A stretch of 64,000 nucleotides of DNA from Pecten maximus (lineage: Eukaryota), in the NCBI RefSeq assembly GCF_902652985.1, contig NC_047024.1, positions 35,588,001 to 35,652,000 on the forward strand, read 5' to 3'. Under the pieces are notes generated by a model. It did no database searches and was not told the DNA's origin. It worked only from the letters and a program-made list of their open reading frames with translations. The position numbers and the translations under genes are program-made. Each line of letters begins with the position of its first letter. Positions within the stretch are counted from its first letter, which is position 1. Positions 26,831-40,070 of the stretch are shown one piece after another.

Positions 26831-27626
26831 CGTAATTGTTATACAATAGATAATGTTGATATGATCTATGTTCCAATATAAATGTTTTTAGCCGTGGTTG
26901 CATTAATGTTCAAATAGAAGTGTTTTACTTATTGTTAAATTCTATATTCTACATAGTAACATGTTTGAAGTAAGTACTGTCTACTATGACATGGATGTGT
27001 GATGACTGTCTTGTTTAATCCTAGATCAACACTTGATTTACCCATTCTCATATGTTTCCTTTGCTCGTGGTTCTAATCACCATTATTTCATGATCAAAGG
27101 AACATGTCTGACTCGTAGGCCCTAATTACGCACGATGTATTTTGTCTCAGTTATCAGTGGAATATGATAAGTCACGGAAAGTTAGTGTGGAGCTACAATT
27201 CTTTACCAAGGATAAAATACACACTTCTATTTAGCCAAGAAAGAACATACAGTACTAGAATTACGTCTAGCTATTGAAAAACAGAAAAATGAGCTTATGA
27301 AAGCATACTTAGAGTTCGTCCAACTATGGAAAACGGGGTATAAAACTATAATCAGAAAACGGAGTGATCGTAATGTATATAAAAGAAATGGGTTGTCTTC
27401 GCAGGTCAATGTACACGAGAGACCGTTCAGGATAGTGTTGAAGGATTACTATTAAATTGCAATTAAAATCGTCATCGCTCAATATCACCACCAGAACAGC
27501 ATACGGGACAACGGGAATATTCCAGTGTCGCAAAGGCGTAAAATAATCAATTTGGTCGCCAAGGTTAATCCGACAATCTGAGACTCATAATGACAAGACG
27601 CGTTTATTTCTATGGAGTGGATGACA

Positions 27627-28290
27627 ACAAGAGGGCCAATGAACCTGGGCTATTTACCTGATGTAAATAATGTTGGCAGACAACACATGTCAGATCGTCA
27701 TGGGAACGTTAGTTATTATAACATTTTGTTTGACATAATACAGTGTAGCTCACCGTTTAGAGGTGAAAATACCTAAACAATAGACGATAACAACAAGATT
27801 CGCGTGACTAGGAAAACGACAACTAATTTGAATAATATACATTCTTTATATTGATTTTAGATACATTCATGATCTCAAATGACCCTGAATATGAATGAAG
27901 ATGATGTATAAAAACAATTTAACTCCGATATTTTCGACATTTTTATTCAATCAGACTTCTTGCCAAATGAAATTACGCGACACCTTACCTTTAAAAAAAC
28001 AAAAAAAAAACATCCGGGTTCATCGGTGTATTCCGCAGTCCTGTCTGAATAATTTAGTCAATATTAAATTAGTTTATCAGAAAGGACCTTGTAAGCAGTT
28101 TTATAACCACTCTCAATTTCATTTAATTTGATAAAATGACACTCTATAAAGTAAATATGATGCTGTTGAATCCTAAATGAAATGTTCCTGTGAAGTTCTA
28201 TGCAATTTTAGAACTTTCATTAATATACGGAAAATGTAAGGTAGGTACTGTTGATTGATATCCGGTCATCGCAAGCCATTTCTAAAGATG
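27627..28290 (+). mobile_element. Old HINE/Helentron-like non-autonomous element (degenerate)
   Basis: Start acaagagggccaatg resembles the head of the element at 50881; the body is highly decayed. Confidence 0.35.
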
Positions 28291-28650
28291 TACAGAATGA
28301 CATCAAGTTTCCCGCAACCTCTGTCAACAATCAATTGAGAAAAGACAAAACAAGAAAACAACCGACATCAAACGAATGATTAAAACCTAAAATCGATTAA
28401 ATTAGGACAAAATTTAGACTTCTATGGATTCTTCTGAGATAAGACAAGGAGAATAAGATCTTGAAGAGTCAAAGGCCAAATTTGGATTAAGTTATATCTC
28501 AAAAGAGAGTAAGGGCGATGGCAACAGAACCACCAGGCATATCAACCAAGGCAAGGTCCAAATATGTCGGACTTCAGAGCGCATACAAAGATACAATTTT
28601 TCCTGTACTGACAAAAGATTCTTTAATTTTGTATTCTTTTTATTTGGTGT

Positions 28651-28817
28651 TGTCAGTCACTCTGGCCGGAGACAGAGTAAAAAGCTGTTAGCAAAGCAAA
28701 ACAGAACGTTACCACTGATGTTGACTAGCACGTGTTTCAGGAAACACTTACTTAAATCAAGCGATATAACGGTAGAAAGTATTAATAAACTAGATTGACA
28801 ATGCTATACAGTTATTA
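28651..28817 (-). mobile_element. LTR-like direct repeat (copy of 31371-31543)
   Basis: Both copies begin tgtcagtcactctggccggagacagagtaaaaa and align to cagttatta. Confidence 0.75.
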
Positions 28818-28926
28818 GACATAATGAATTCAAAATATCCAAATTCTATATAGAAACGGATTACTCAGGCTGTTATCACGGCACCATTTTGTAATAGGAC
28901 TGTATAACCACCTTTAATTCAATACA

Positions 28927-29470
28927 TGTTCAACCCAGGTTCGGTAATTGACCTAAGGTTCCGTTGGAGTATAGAGAGAATAAGAAACAAACACAAGGAA
29001 TTTGGTACAGGGTGGTTTATTGCACCCGCAGATGCTTAAGTATAACGACGTCAGAGTAATATAAGGTAATACGGAAATACAAACAAAATGACAGAACAAC
29101 GCTACCGCTGGTTAACGCTAAACATGTATCAACTTGGACAGCTACAGTTCCGGAATACAGACCCCCCAACCCCACAGACGAAGTAACATATAAGAAGTAG
29201 AGAGAAGGATGAGCCTACCAGCAGGTCAATGCTATGCAGACTGCCGAACAATCGAAACACCGGGACTTAAATACCAGTTACACAATAGAGAAGGAACAGC
29301 CAATCAGAATCCCCGTTACAGTTACTAAAATGAAAGTTAAGGAAGTGAGTCTATAGAAATGCCCGGATGACGATGAAAACCAGCGGTAGTAAACAAAGCT
29401 TATTACAAGGTAACATTTGATTAATGAACGACATTTTAGCTTAACAATGAAATGAAACTATACACTTACA
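28927..29470 (-). mobile_element. Unrelated LTR-like segment (TG...CA)
   Basis: tgtt...taca ends. Minus strand order is a CCAAT box (~29300), TATTTAA (~29270), AATAAA (~29020), preceded by purine-rich gagag. Confidence 0.55.
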
Positions 29471-29499
29471 CTCTCAGACTTATACACGACCGGTCATTC

Positions 29500-31353
29500 A
29501 TTCAGAAACATCACTCCTTCCATGCTTGTAGCGAGCTGCGCGATCAGTCCATTTGGGCTGCATGTAGGAGGGACGTTTTTCGACGATCGGAATTACACCA
29601 ATAGATGAGTCGTAGTGTGCCATCAGGAAACTATATTTGTATTGCTCCTTTATGTGAGAATATCGGCAAGGTCATACAAACGCTTAGTGTCTTTGTTACC
29701 AAGTTTTGGAAAGTTTGTTAGCCTTTCACGCATGGATGCCTCAACAAATACTGGGGCGCCGTATCTCTCGTCCAGTCTTCGCCAAATCCTAGCAAGCCCA
29801 GCTAATGGGTTTGTTGAGTTGGATGATCTAAGGCTCTCAGCATGTCGTTTCGATTCGGTGCCAAGGTACTTAACGAGAAGTTCTATTTCTTCACAGGGGT
29901 CACTTCCGGATCGGATACAACTGTTTTTAAGCCACCTTTCCATGCCGAATAGTATTCTGGTCTGTCATTATAGGTTGTAAGCATGTGAAGGAGGAGATCT
30001 CTTTTTATTATATATTTGGTAATCTCCCGCATACCGGATGAATTAACCATATCCATCTGATTTAATTCCTGTTTATGATTTAAATCTTTCTGTTCGGTCG
30101 CAGCCGGCACGGGTAGGCAAGGCGAGGGGCCATCATAGCGGGTTGTGAGCGTGGGAATACGGCTGTGTTGTGCATTATGTTTGGCAGAGAATGTGGAGTA
30201 TTGGTCAAAAGAAAGGACGCAGATGGCTAGGAAGTTACCATGTTTACCATAGGAGGCGACATATGTGTGTGGGATGTAGTAGTCGGGTGTAGGGCCGCAG
30301 ACCTGTGGTTCGATTCCGGAGTGGGAAAGCCCAAGTTTGTAGCTTTCGGATACAGTTCTGTAGTGGATTGAACTCCCGAGCGGTAGCCCGTAATTGATCA
30401 CTAATATGTGAAACATTTCCTGGCCCTTTAGTGACAGGGTTTAATATTGGCGAGGGCTCACTGTTTTGTGGTTGGTCCCTTTGTATGCTCATATTGGAGG
30501 CTGACTGTCCATGAAAGAGTTCTTGTACAAATTGTTTGGTTTGTTTCATCGAGTCCAATTCTGGGACTGTGCTCAATCGAGTACTACTCCCTCTTCCTGA
30601 TTCTTCTTCGTAAGCTCTCAACTCGGCCTCCGCAGCTGCGACCTCTTTCTTCTGATTTAAAAGCTGAATGTCTGCAGCTAGTGCCCTCTGGAGCTTCAAC
30701 TCATATTGCAGTGTTTCAAAATTCAGGCGGGCTTTTAGCTCCTAGGATTTTGGCTCTGTGCCTCGCAAGGGTTGAGCTGGATTTACTACTTGACTTACTA
30801 CTTGTGTTGCTACGTCGTTCAGAACACTCCCTGAGTACACTGTGTGACTTACCGCTCTTAATCGAAGGAAATTTAACTACTGCATCCTGTAGGTTTGAAC
30901 AAATGTGATCCATCTCATCCAAAACTGTACACACCTTAGCTGCGATACTACTGCTAATAACCTGCTGTGATGTTCCAATTTGCTTTGTTCTGTATTTTTC
31001 TTTCCAGGAATTCAATAAAGCTACGAGTATGGGAGGCATAGGTTTTAGCAATGTTGAGGAGATCTTCACGATGTTGTAGTATGAGGCTAGTGTCAGTGTT
31101 TGGACCAGTAACAAAATTAAGGATAGCGCGGTCTAAGTCACTGCGAATAGATCTTGTTTCAGTAGTGTATTTTTGCACCTCGTCATCATACACATCTCGA
31201 GTCTTTTCTGTAGGTTTAACAACACGTCGTCCTGGGTGTATTTGTGAGAATTGAAATTACTTGCTCAATTCATTTCTTTCCTTCGATGTTTCATGCGAGG
31301 GTTGGTTCGGGGGGTTCGGGGGGCTAATGATATCGTGTTGAAGTTCCGATCAT
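29500..31353 (-). pseudogene. BEL/Pao LTR retrotransposon gag (DUF1759-type), frameshifted and truncated before pol
   Basis: Overlapping minus ORF fragments: RVVKPTEK, S-rich SSKSSSTLARHRAK, KKEVAAAEAEL, YIIKRDLLL..YNDRPEYYSAWK, EEIELLVKYLG..IWRRLDERYGAP..FPKL..RLYDLADIL, then YDSSIGVIPIVEK..KW. Confidence 0.9.
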
Positions 31354-31370
31354 GACAGGTTATTTTATGC

Positions 31371-31543
31371 TGTCAGTCACTCTGGCCGGAGACAGAGTAA
31401 AAAAACTGTAAGCAAAGCAAAACAGAACGTTACCACTGATGTTGACTGGCACGTACATGTTTCAGAAAACACTTACTAAATCAAGCGATATAACGACAGA
31501 AAGTATTAATAAACTACAGGTTGACAATGTTATACAGTTATTA
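31371..31543 (-). mobile_element. 5' LTR (3' portion) of the BEL/Pao element
   Basis: On the minus strand it ends ...tgaca ~20 bp before the gag-region ATG; homologous to 28651-28817. Confidence 0.75.
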
Positions 31544-31769
31544 CTGATAATCAATGTTTACCCTTTACTTTATATTGGATTCTTGAGATTCCTAAATAGT
31601 CCGATTCTGGACCAAAACATGTGGTCCTGAATGTCTTTCTTTCTTTTTTCTGGTGCGGTTGATAATAATAGCTAACTTGCGGACCCGGACGCCGGGTCGG
31701 ACATTCCGGAACAGTTCAGTTATTACTAAACTAAACTAAACACGACATTTCCAAATAACATTGTTAGGC

Positions 31770-32310
31770 TGACCATAATACTAATCCATTGTCTCACTCA
31801 AACTTATTGTGTTGAAATCTTCGTCATTAGTCGTTAGCCGTAATAAAATATATTTATGGTCTCACTAAAGCTAATGTTGTTGTTTATATATCCGTCAGTT
31901 GTCGTTAAATTGACAATAAAACCGTCCCATGGTCTCACTAAACTTATATTGTTGAAATCTCATTTAGTAGTCGTTTAGTTGACAATAAAATTAATCCATA
32001 GTCTCACTAAAGCTAATGTTGTTGATATATCATTTAGTAGTCGTTAAATTGACAATAAAACCGTCCCATGGTCTCACTAAACATATATTGTTGAAATCTA
32101 CTTTAGTAGTTGTTAAGTTGACAATAAAACTAGTCCATAGTCTCACTTAAGCTAATGTTGATATATCCGTCAGTTGTCGTTAAATTGACAATAAAACTGT
32201 CCCATGGTCACACTAAACTTATATTGTTGAAATCTACTTTAGTAGTTGTTAAGTTGACAATAAAACTAGTCCATAGTCTCACTAAAGCTAATGTTGTTGA
32301 TTTCTCCGTT
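31770..32310. repeat. ~70-bp tandem repeat with two alternating variants
   Basis: cat(g/a)gtctcactaaa..gttgacaataaaa, about 8 copies. Confidence 0.9.
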
Positions 32311-32904
32311 TGTAGCCGATATCTGTGACGGAAAATGTGATAATTGGAACAGGCCATTGAATATCTATCAATTGAGACCAGTTAACGCGCAACGTAGGGG
32401 ATGCACAGGTATTGTCATCTACAAATTGAAAATTAACAATTAAGGAATTGAAATCATTACGCTGAACAACAAACTGCTTAGTTGTAAGCTGTGCTTGTAA
32501 GTAAAGCTCAAGTCGGCTAATGTTGAGGTTGAGTCTGTTGTGTCCTATTGTTTATGTGATATATCAGATAAACATAGTCAATTAAGGTTTTACAGATAGC
32601 ATATCGTCAATATACCGATCGGTGAAATTAAAGGATTTTGAAAGTTAAAGCAGGATATTTCACAAAGAATATATCCCAACTAGAGACGAATTTTCTCAAC
32701 AAACCTTATAAAAAGCCAGCCACTTGTTGGAGAACCGCTATATCTCACCCTGGGTTGAGACAAGCTGCATGTACTCTTTGCGTGTTCTCAACAATTGCAT
32801 TTCGTCACGTCAACAATACAATGATGTCACGGCGACAATACAATGCCGTCATGTCGACAATTCAATCACGTCATTTCAACCCTTTCTTGCATTCATGCGC
32901 CGTC

Positions 32905-33075
32905 AAAAAGAGGGCGTTCACCCTCATGGAAGTGCGACAGGGTATTTGCAACCTTCGGGGTGAGATACTTCAGCTACCAAACACTCGGCAAGCCTCGTGT
33001 TTGGCAATTAAGACTCTCTCCCCTCGGGTTGAGATTCCCCTGTCTCACTCCCAAGGGAATGAACGATTATATTAT
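32905..33075. mobile_element. Long-hairpin element; related pieces at 35337-35420, 35800-35882, 55360-55575 and 56157-56437
   Basis: Imperfect palindrome gacaggg..caaccttcggg..caaacactcggcaagcctcgtgtttg..ccctcgggttgagattcccctgtc. Confidence 0.65.
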
Positions 33076-33399
33076 TCTCAATGTGTCAATGGTTAATGCA
33101 TTGCTTAATTGTTTAAAATGGATGCTGGCAAAGCTGCTCTTCACCTGTTTTGTTTAATTTATTTCTAACCAAAAATCTGACAAATAATTCAAATTTGACG
33201 TATACTTGAAAGTGTCCTTTACAAAATCTGTAATTCGGTACCGTCCATGGCTTTCATTGTTGAGGACGTCCTTGCTCTACATTTTAAGGATAATTGCCAC
33301 TGCGTTGATACAGTGTTTCCTTTCGTAAATTGATTTTATTATAATGATGATAAGATCATGTATAATTTGTTGTGTCATTCACCTTAAATTTCCTTCTAA

Positions 33400-35312
33400 G
33401 TAATACATTCCTCTCATGTAGTCTTCAGACAACGCCGTTCCAGAAGTAAGTGATACATTCCTCTCCTCCAGTCTTAGGTCGACAGTCCCAGAAGTAAGTG
33501 ATACATTTCTCTCCTACAGTCTTAGGACGACAGTCCCAGTAGTAAGTGATACATTTCTCTCCTCCAGTCAGAGGATGACAGTCCCAGTAGAAAGTGATGA
33601 ATTCCTCTCCTCCAGTCTAAGGACGACAGTTCCAGTAGTAAGTGATACATTTATCCCCTCCAGTCTAAGGACGACAGTTCCAGAAGTATGTGATACATTC
33701 TTCTCCTCCAGTCTAAGGACGACAGTTCCAGAAGTAAGTGATACATTCCTCCCCTCCAGTCTTAGGACGACAGTTCCAGTAGTAAGTGATACATTCCTCC
33801 CCTCCAGTCTAAGGACGACAGTTCCAGTAGTAAGTGATACATTTATCTACTCCATTCAGAGGACGACAGTCCCAGTAGTAAGTGATACATTCCTCTCCTC
33901 CAGTCTAAGGACGACAGTTCCAGTAGTAAGTGATACATTCGTCCCCTCCAGTCTTAGAACGACAGTTCCAGAAGTATGTGATACATTTATCTACTCCATT
34001 CAGAGGACGACAGTCCCAGTAGTAAGTGATACATTCCTCCCCTCCAGTCTAAGGACGACAGTTCCAGAAGTAAGTGATACATTTATCTACTCCATTCAGA
34101 GGACGACAGTTCCAGAAGTAAGTGATACATTTATCTACTCCATTCAGAGGACGACAGTCCCAGTAGTAAGTGATACATTCCTCCCCTCCAGTCTAAGGAC
34201 GACAGTCCCAGTAGTAAGTGATACATTTCTCTCCTACAGTCTTAGGTCGACAGTCCCAGAAGTATGTGATACATTTATCTACTCCATTCAGAGGACGACA
34301 GTCCCAGTAGTAAGTGATACATTCCTCCCCTCCAGTCTAAGGACGACAGTCCCAGAAGTAAGTGATACATTTCTCTCCTCCAATCAGAGGACGACAGTTC
34401 CAGAAGTATGTGATACATTTATCTACTCCATTCAGAGGACGACAGTCCCAGTAGTAAGTGATACATTCGTCCCCTCCAGTCTTAGGTCGACAGTCCCAGT
34501 AGTAAGTGATACATTCCTCCCCTCCAGTCTAAGGACGACAGTTCCAGAAGTATGTGATACATTTCTCTACTCCAGTCTTAGGACGACAGTTCCAGAAGTA
34601 AGTGATACATTTCTCTCCTACAGTCTTAGGTCGACAGTCCCAGAAGTATGTGATACATTTATCTACTCCAGTCAGAGGACGACAGTCCCAGTAGTAAGTG
34701 ATACATTTCTCTCCTACAGTCTTAGGACGACAGTCCCAGTAGTAAGTGATACATTCCTCCCCTCCAGTCTAAGGACGACAGTCCCAGTAGTAAGTGATAC
34801 ATTCCTCCCCTCCAGTCTTAGGACGATAGTTCCAGAAGTATGTGATACATTTATCTACTCCAGTCTTAGGTTGACAGTTCCAGAAGTATGTGATACATTT
34901 ATCTACTCCAGTCTAAGGACGACAGTCCCAGAAGTATGTGATACATTCTTCCCCTCCAGTCTTAGAACGACAGTCCCAGTAGTAAGTGATACATTCCTCC
35001 CCTCCAGTCTAAGGACGACAGTTCCAGAAGTATGTGATACATTCCTCCCCTCCAGTCTAAGGACGACAGTCCCAGTAGAAAGTGATACATTTATCTACTC
35101 CAGTCTAAGGACGACAGTTCCAGTAGTAAGTGATACATTCCTCCCCTCCAGTCTAAGGACGACAGTCCCAGTAGTAAGTGATACATTTATCTCCTCCAGT
35201 CTTAGAACGACAGTTCCAGAAGTATGTGATACATTTATCTACTCCAGTCAAAGGATGACAGTCCCAGTAGTAAGTGATGAATTCCTCTCCTACAGTCTTA
35301 GGACGACAGTCC
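33400..35312. repeat. 48-bp minisatellite (~39 units); source of the 584-aa ORF
   Basis: ggacgacagt(t/c)ccag(t/a)agta(a/t)gtgatacattcctcccctccagtctaa. Confidence 0.97.
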
Positions 35313-37004
35313 ATGTATTTATTTTTTGAACTAAGTGTTTCCCTCACCCTAGGATAGTATCAAAGTCCATGTTCCTAGGTTGGGAGTTTGATTTCCCTTC
35401 CCCTTCAGTGAGGAGGTGTATCACACAATCTAGTAAATTTGAGATTACTTTACAAAACTGAATGGCAATATGCCTTAACGTAATGTGGAGTTTCCCTTCT
35501 AGAATGGGACGACAAACAATGTACGTAATGTAGTAGTAGATGCAAGATATTTTCACACACACTTCATAGGTTGATCCATTGGTTGCTAGGTAGGGGATAA
35601 ACATAGTCTTGCATTGTTCTATTCCATGGGTAGGGATATTACAATCCGAGTTTAAATGTTTGGCTGGGATGCAATAGGTTGCCGAGTGCTTGCAAGCCAA
35701 ACCCTTACACAAGTGTTGATATATCCCTGTCAACGGAACAGGACCATGTTGGATCATTTTTCTCACTAACTTAAAACAGTAAGAAATTGTAAGGCGTTAC
35801 TGAACCTTTTACTACTTTGTGTGAGATCGATTGATACCATCCCTAGCAACCACGAAAATCCACCTGGAGATAATGTGAGAAATGCACATGTTAAAATGAG
35901 TATTTTGTAACGATAACTTGCTTTTAACGAAAGACAAAGTATCTATAAGTGTTATTCATATAGACACATTCATACCGACGACAAAAAGCATTATCTTATC
36001 TTTGTATCACCAATTGTGTCTACAATACCAGCACTATATTTTATGAAGTGCCAATGCCTGTGTATTCTGTACAGTCTAGCAGAGATAATATACAATGTAT
36101 GTGTTATCAACATGGCAATTCGTCAATATACCTAACTTACACGATGACGGCTGAAATAAAAAGACTCGTTTTGCCCATGTGGAAGTCGTTATTTAGCAAA
36201 ACATCTTATCGCTTGGAATTCAGATTTGCTCATTTTATCCTCAAAAAGACCACGGAAGGAGAGGGTTTTTTTATTCTGGTTTCGCATTAATCTATAATCG
36301 CACCAAGGATCATGTAATAAGATCGCAATCCTTTGGGTTTCTTCTGTAAACGACATAACGCCAGTTCGTATTGATTGTGTTGTATGTTTCGATTTTAGAT
36401 CAAAGTATATTTCAAGTCATATATACAGCATGTTATTCTTATGACAACGTTTCATGTTGAACCACACAGCTTTTTGAATTGTGTGTTACGCACTTCTGAT
36501 AGTATAGATACTTGTTTCATCTTAGTTATTTAGAATTCACCCATATACAAGGTCTAGCAGCAAATATGTTTTGGTTTCATCTTCAAAGGAATCGATACAG
36601 TGATGTCGATAATGAGAGCGGACAGTCACTCACCTGGGATATGGATTACTGACGATAAGTATAAACCTACACGGATGTCCCATTGATAAATAACATCCAC
36701 ACTAGGCTACAACCGAGGACATCCAACCCTACACATCAGAAAATGAGAGGTTTCAGTAAGGTGGTTTGGTGAAATGTGTCTGGATCGTTACTTACGGAAT
36801 TAACATTTAGTTCTTTACGATATTTCTTCGTTGCTTGTTGATTGACTCTGTGATTTAACGAGATCATCGACAGGTATTTATCTGCGTGAAATGTGACGAC
36901 GTCAGATTATCATTTTGTACAAAACGTTGGAGTGGCGTTGATTGGGGTAGAAAGGCCTTTCGAGTACACAGCATGACAGATAGACCAGTACTCCAGAATT
37001 ATCG

Positions 37005-38540
37005 ATACATTGCCTATTACCACACATCCAAACATTGACTATTACCACACATCCAAGCATTGACTATTACCACACATCCATACATTGACTACTACCACAC
37101 ATTCATACATTGACTATTACCACGCATCCATACATTGACTACTACCGCGCATCCATACATTGACTATTACCACACATCCATACATTGACTATTACCAAAC
37201 ATCCATACATTGACTATTACCACACATCCATACATTGACTATTACCACGCATCCATACATTGACTATTACCACGCATCCATACATTGACTATTACCACAC
37301 ATCCATACATTGACTATTACCACACATCCATACATTGACTATTACCACGCATCCATACATTGACTATTACCACGCATCCATACATTAACTATTTCCACAC
37401 ATCCATACATTGACTATTACCACAAATCCATACATTGACTATTACCACGCATCAATACATTGACTATTACCACACATCCATACATTGACTATTACCACAC
37501 ATCCATACATTGACTATTACCACACATCCATACATTGACTATTACCACACATCCATACATTGACTATTACCACACATCCATACATTGACTATTACCACGC
37601 ATCCATACATTGACTATTACCACGCATCCATACATTGACTATTACCACGCATCCATACATTAACTATTTCCACACATCTATACATTGACTATTACCACAC
37701 ATCCATACATTGACTATTACCACACATCCATACATTGAATATTACCACACATCCAAACATTGACTATTTCCAAACATCAAAACATTTACTGTTTCCACAT
37801 ATCCAAACATTTACTATTACAACGCATCCATACATTAACTTTGCCACACATCCCTACATTGACTATTACCACACATCCATACATTGACTATTACCACGCA
37901 TCCATACATTGACTATTTCCACGCATCCATACATTAACTATTTCCACACATCCATACATTGACTATTACCACACATCCATACATTGACTATTACCACACA
38001 TCCAAACATTGACTATTACCACATATCCATACATTAACTATTACAACACATCAGTACATTGACTATTACCACACATCCAAACATTGACTATTGCCACACA
38101 TCCATACATTGACTACTACCACGCATCCATACATTGACTATTACCACACATCTATACATTGACTATTACCACACATCCATATATTGACTATTACCACGCA
38201 TCCAAACATTGACTATTACCACACATCCAAACATTGACTATCACCACACATCCAAACATTGACTATTACCACACATCCAAACATTGACTATTACCACACA
38301 TCCATACATTGGCTATTACCACACATCCATACATTGACTATTATCACACATCTGAAAATCGATTATTCCCACACATCCATTTACCTTTACTCCAGAATTA
38401 TCCATACTTTGACTATTACAATACACCCACTTGCATTAACTCCAGAAATATCCGTACATTGGCTATCAATATATATATTTACATTGACTATTACCATACA
38501 CCCATTCACCCATGCCTCGACTATTACTGTACATCCATAC
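37005..38540. repeat. 25-bp minisatellite
   Basis: attgactattaccacacatccatac, more than 50 copies. Confidence 0.98.
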
Positions 38541-38579
38541 GTTGACAATTATCTTCTAATCTTATTCCGAGATGTATGA

Positions 38580-39190
38580 TAATGCGGAAGAGACGACTGA
38601 CACAACAGTTCAAACTGAAGGTTCAAGGAGAAGAGATCAGCAAGAAGGTTCAATGCATGTTTCTTTCAACATGGACTGCTGCCGAGACCCATGTTGCCCT
38701 TGATAATATACGAGGTCCCTCTGAAAGCAGAGATGAGAGTAGATAGGGAGGGGATGTTTCCGAACGTCGTACACTGACGTACAGACAACGCTATGTCCAG
38801 ATGCAATGATATTGTCTGCCGAATCTAGGCAGATTATAGTCATCGAGTTGACAATGCCCTGGTAGGAGAGGTGCGTCCAGACAAATGAGAAAGAGGGCCA
38901 AATTTATAGAGCTCAGCGAACAATGTAGGGAACGAGGGTGGCGAATTTGGCTGTTTCCTGCGGAGGTCGAAAGCAGAGGATTCCTGGTACGCTCTGTCTG
39001 GAAGGCATTTCAGGCTGTTTATGTTGTCAAGAAGGGACGCAGACCAACAGAGGCTGTCGAGCGCATATCATGCTGGTTGTGTAGCAGAAGGGAGGAAGGA
39101 GACTGGGTGCCTTCCAATGATGGACAGTGAAGTGATCGCACGAGGACGTTCCGGGACAAGGTTTTAAAGGTCTAGAGACTGATTGATCCG
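38580..39190 (+). pseudogene. 3' fragment of an RLE-encoding non-LTR retrotransposon (HERO-like)
   Basis: TTLCPDAMILSAESRQIIVIELTMPW*ERC (38785-38875), then a frameshift, then RKRAKF..CRERGWRIWLFPAEVESRGF; a PD..E-type restriction-like endonuclease as in HERO elements. Confidence 0.85.
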
Positions 39191-39442
39191 GCTGATTACG
39201 TCAATGGATTTGCAGCAGTCCTCCAACTGTAAAGGTACATATGAATTATAACAAGTCGTGATACTGGACACAATTAGAGACCTCTGAATTGATGCTGAAC
39301 CTTTTAACTGTTCCAATTTTCGTCATTAGCTGGATCATCCTCAACATAAATAATATCTTTACACTTCATACTATTTTTTCACTTTTGACATTTTCATTCA
39401 AATTTTCCACATAAAGTATTCACATGATTCAGAAAGAAACAG

Positions 39443-39555
39443 GCCGCCAGATAAATAAGTGGCGGCCGCCAGATAATTAAGTGGCTGCCGCCAGATAAAA
39501 TATTTTCGCATGCCATGAAAAATATACTCCAATGTGAGCCTAATACGCTTCCGTA
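39443..39555. mobile_element. One-ended MITE remnant with an IS3EU-like CCGTA terminus
   Basis: Three gccgccagataa subrepeats followed by a tail ending gcttccgta. Confidence 0.5.
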
Positions 39556-39589
39556 GCTTAGCTAACTGTCACCTATATTGTACATATAC

Positions 39590-40070
39590 GACCAGATTTA
39601 TTCAGATGTAGGACAAAAATCACGGCGAATACCGACATAAGTCTAACTCAGAATTGATCAAACGAGAACAAAAGCATCAGAGAATACCGACTTTCCGGCG
39701 ACATATGTACACAGGCTGAAATGCCTTCCAGATAGAGCGTACCGGAAAACATCTGCATCCGAACTCCAGAGGAAACAGTCAAGTTCGCTACTCTCACTCC
39801 CTACATTGATCGCTGAATTCTGTAAACTTGACACTATTCATAGGTCAACGTTGATAAACCAGGGTAAAAACAACAGAGAATACCGACATAATAACGATAT
39901 CGTAATTATAGCTCACCATAAATAAATCGAGGGCAAAAATAACAGAGAATACCGACACAATAACGGAATCATAATTATAGCTCAACATAAATAAAGCGGG
40001 GGTAAAAAATTACATAAAATACCAATATTTACGAAATCGTAATTCTTACTTAAAATCGATCAAACGAAAT
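39590..40070. repeat. Degenerate ~70-bp repeats containing gaataccgac
   Basis: Motif at ~39627, 39682, 39878 and 39947 with similar flanks. Confidence 0.55.

Noticed and set aside
30447-31254. Plus-strand ORFs over the gag region
   Set aside because: Antisense shadows of the minus-strand gag.
33575-35329. 584-aa mucin-like ORF
   Set aside because: Translation of a 48-bp minisatellite whose consensus lacks stops in one frame; many unit variants change amino acids; no signal peptide or unique domain.
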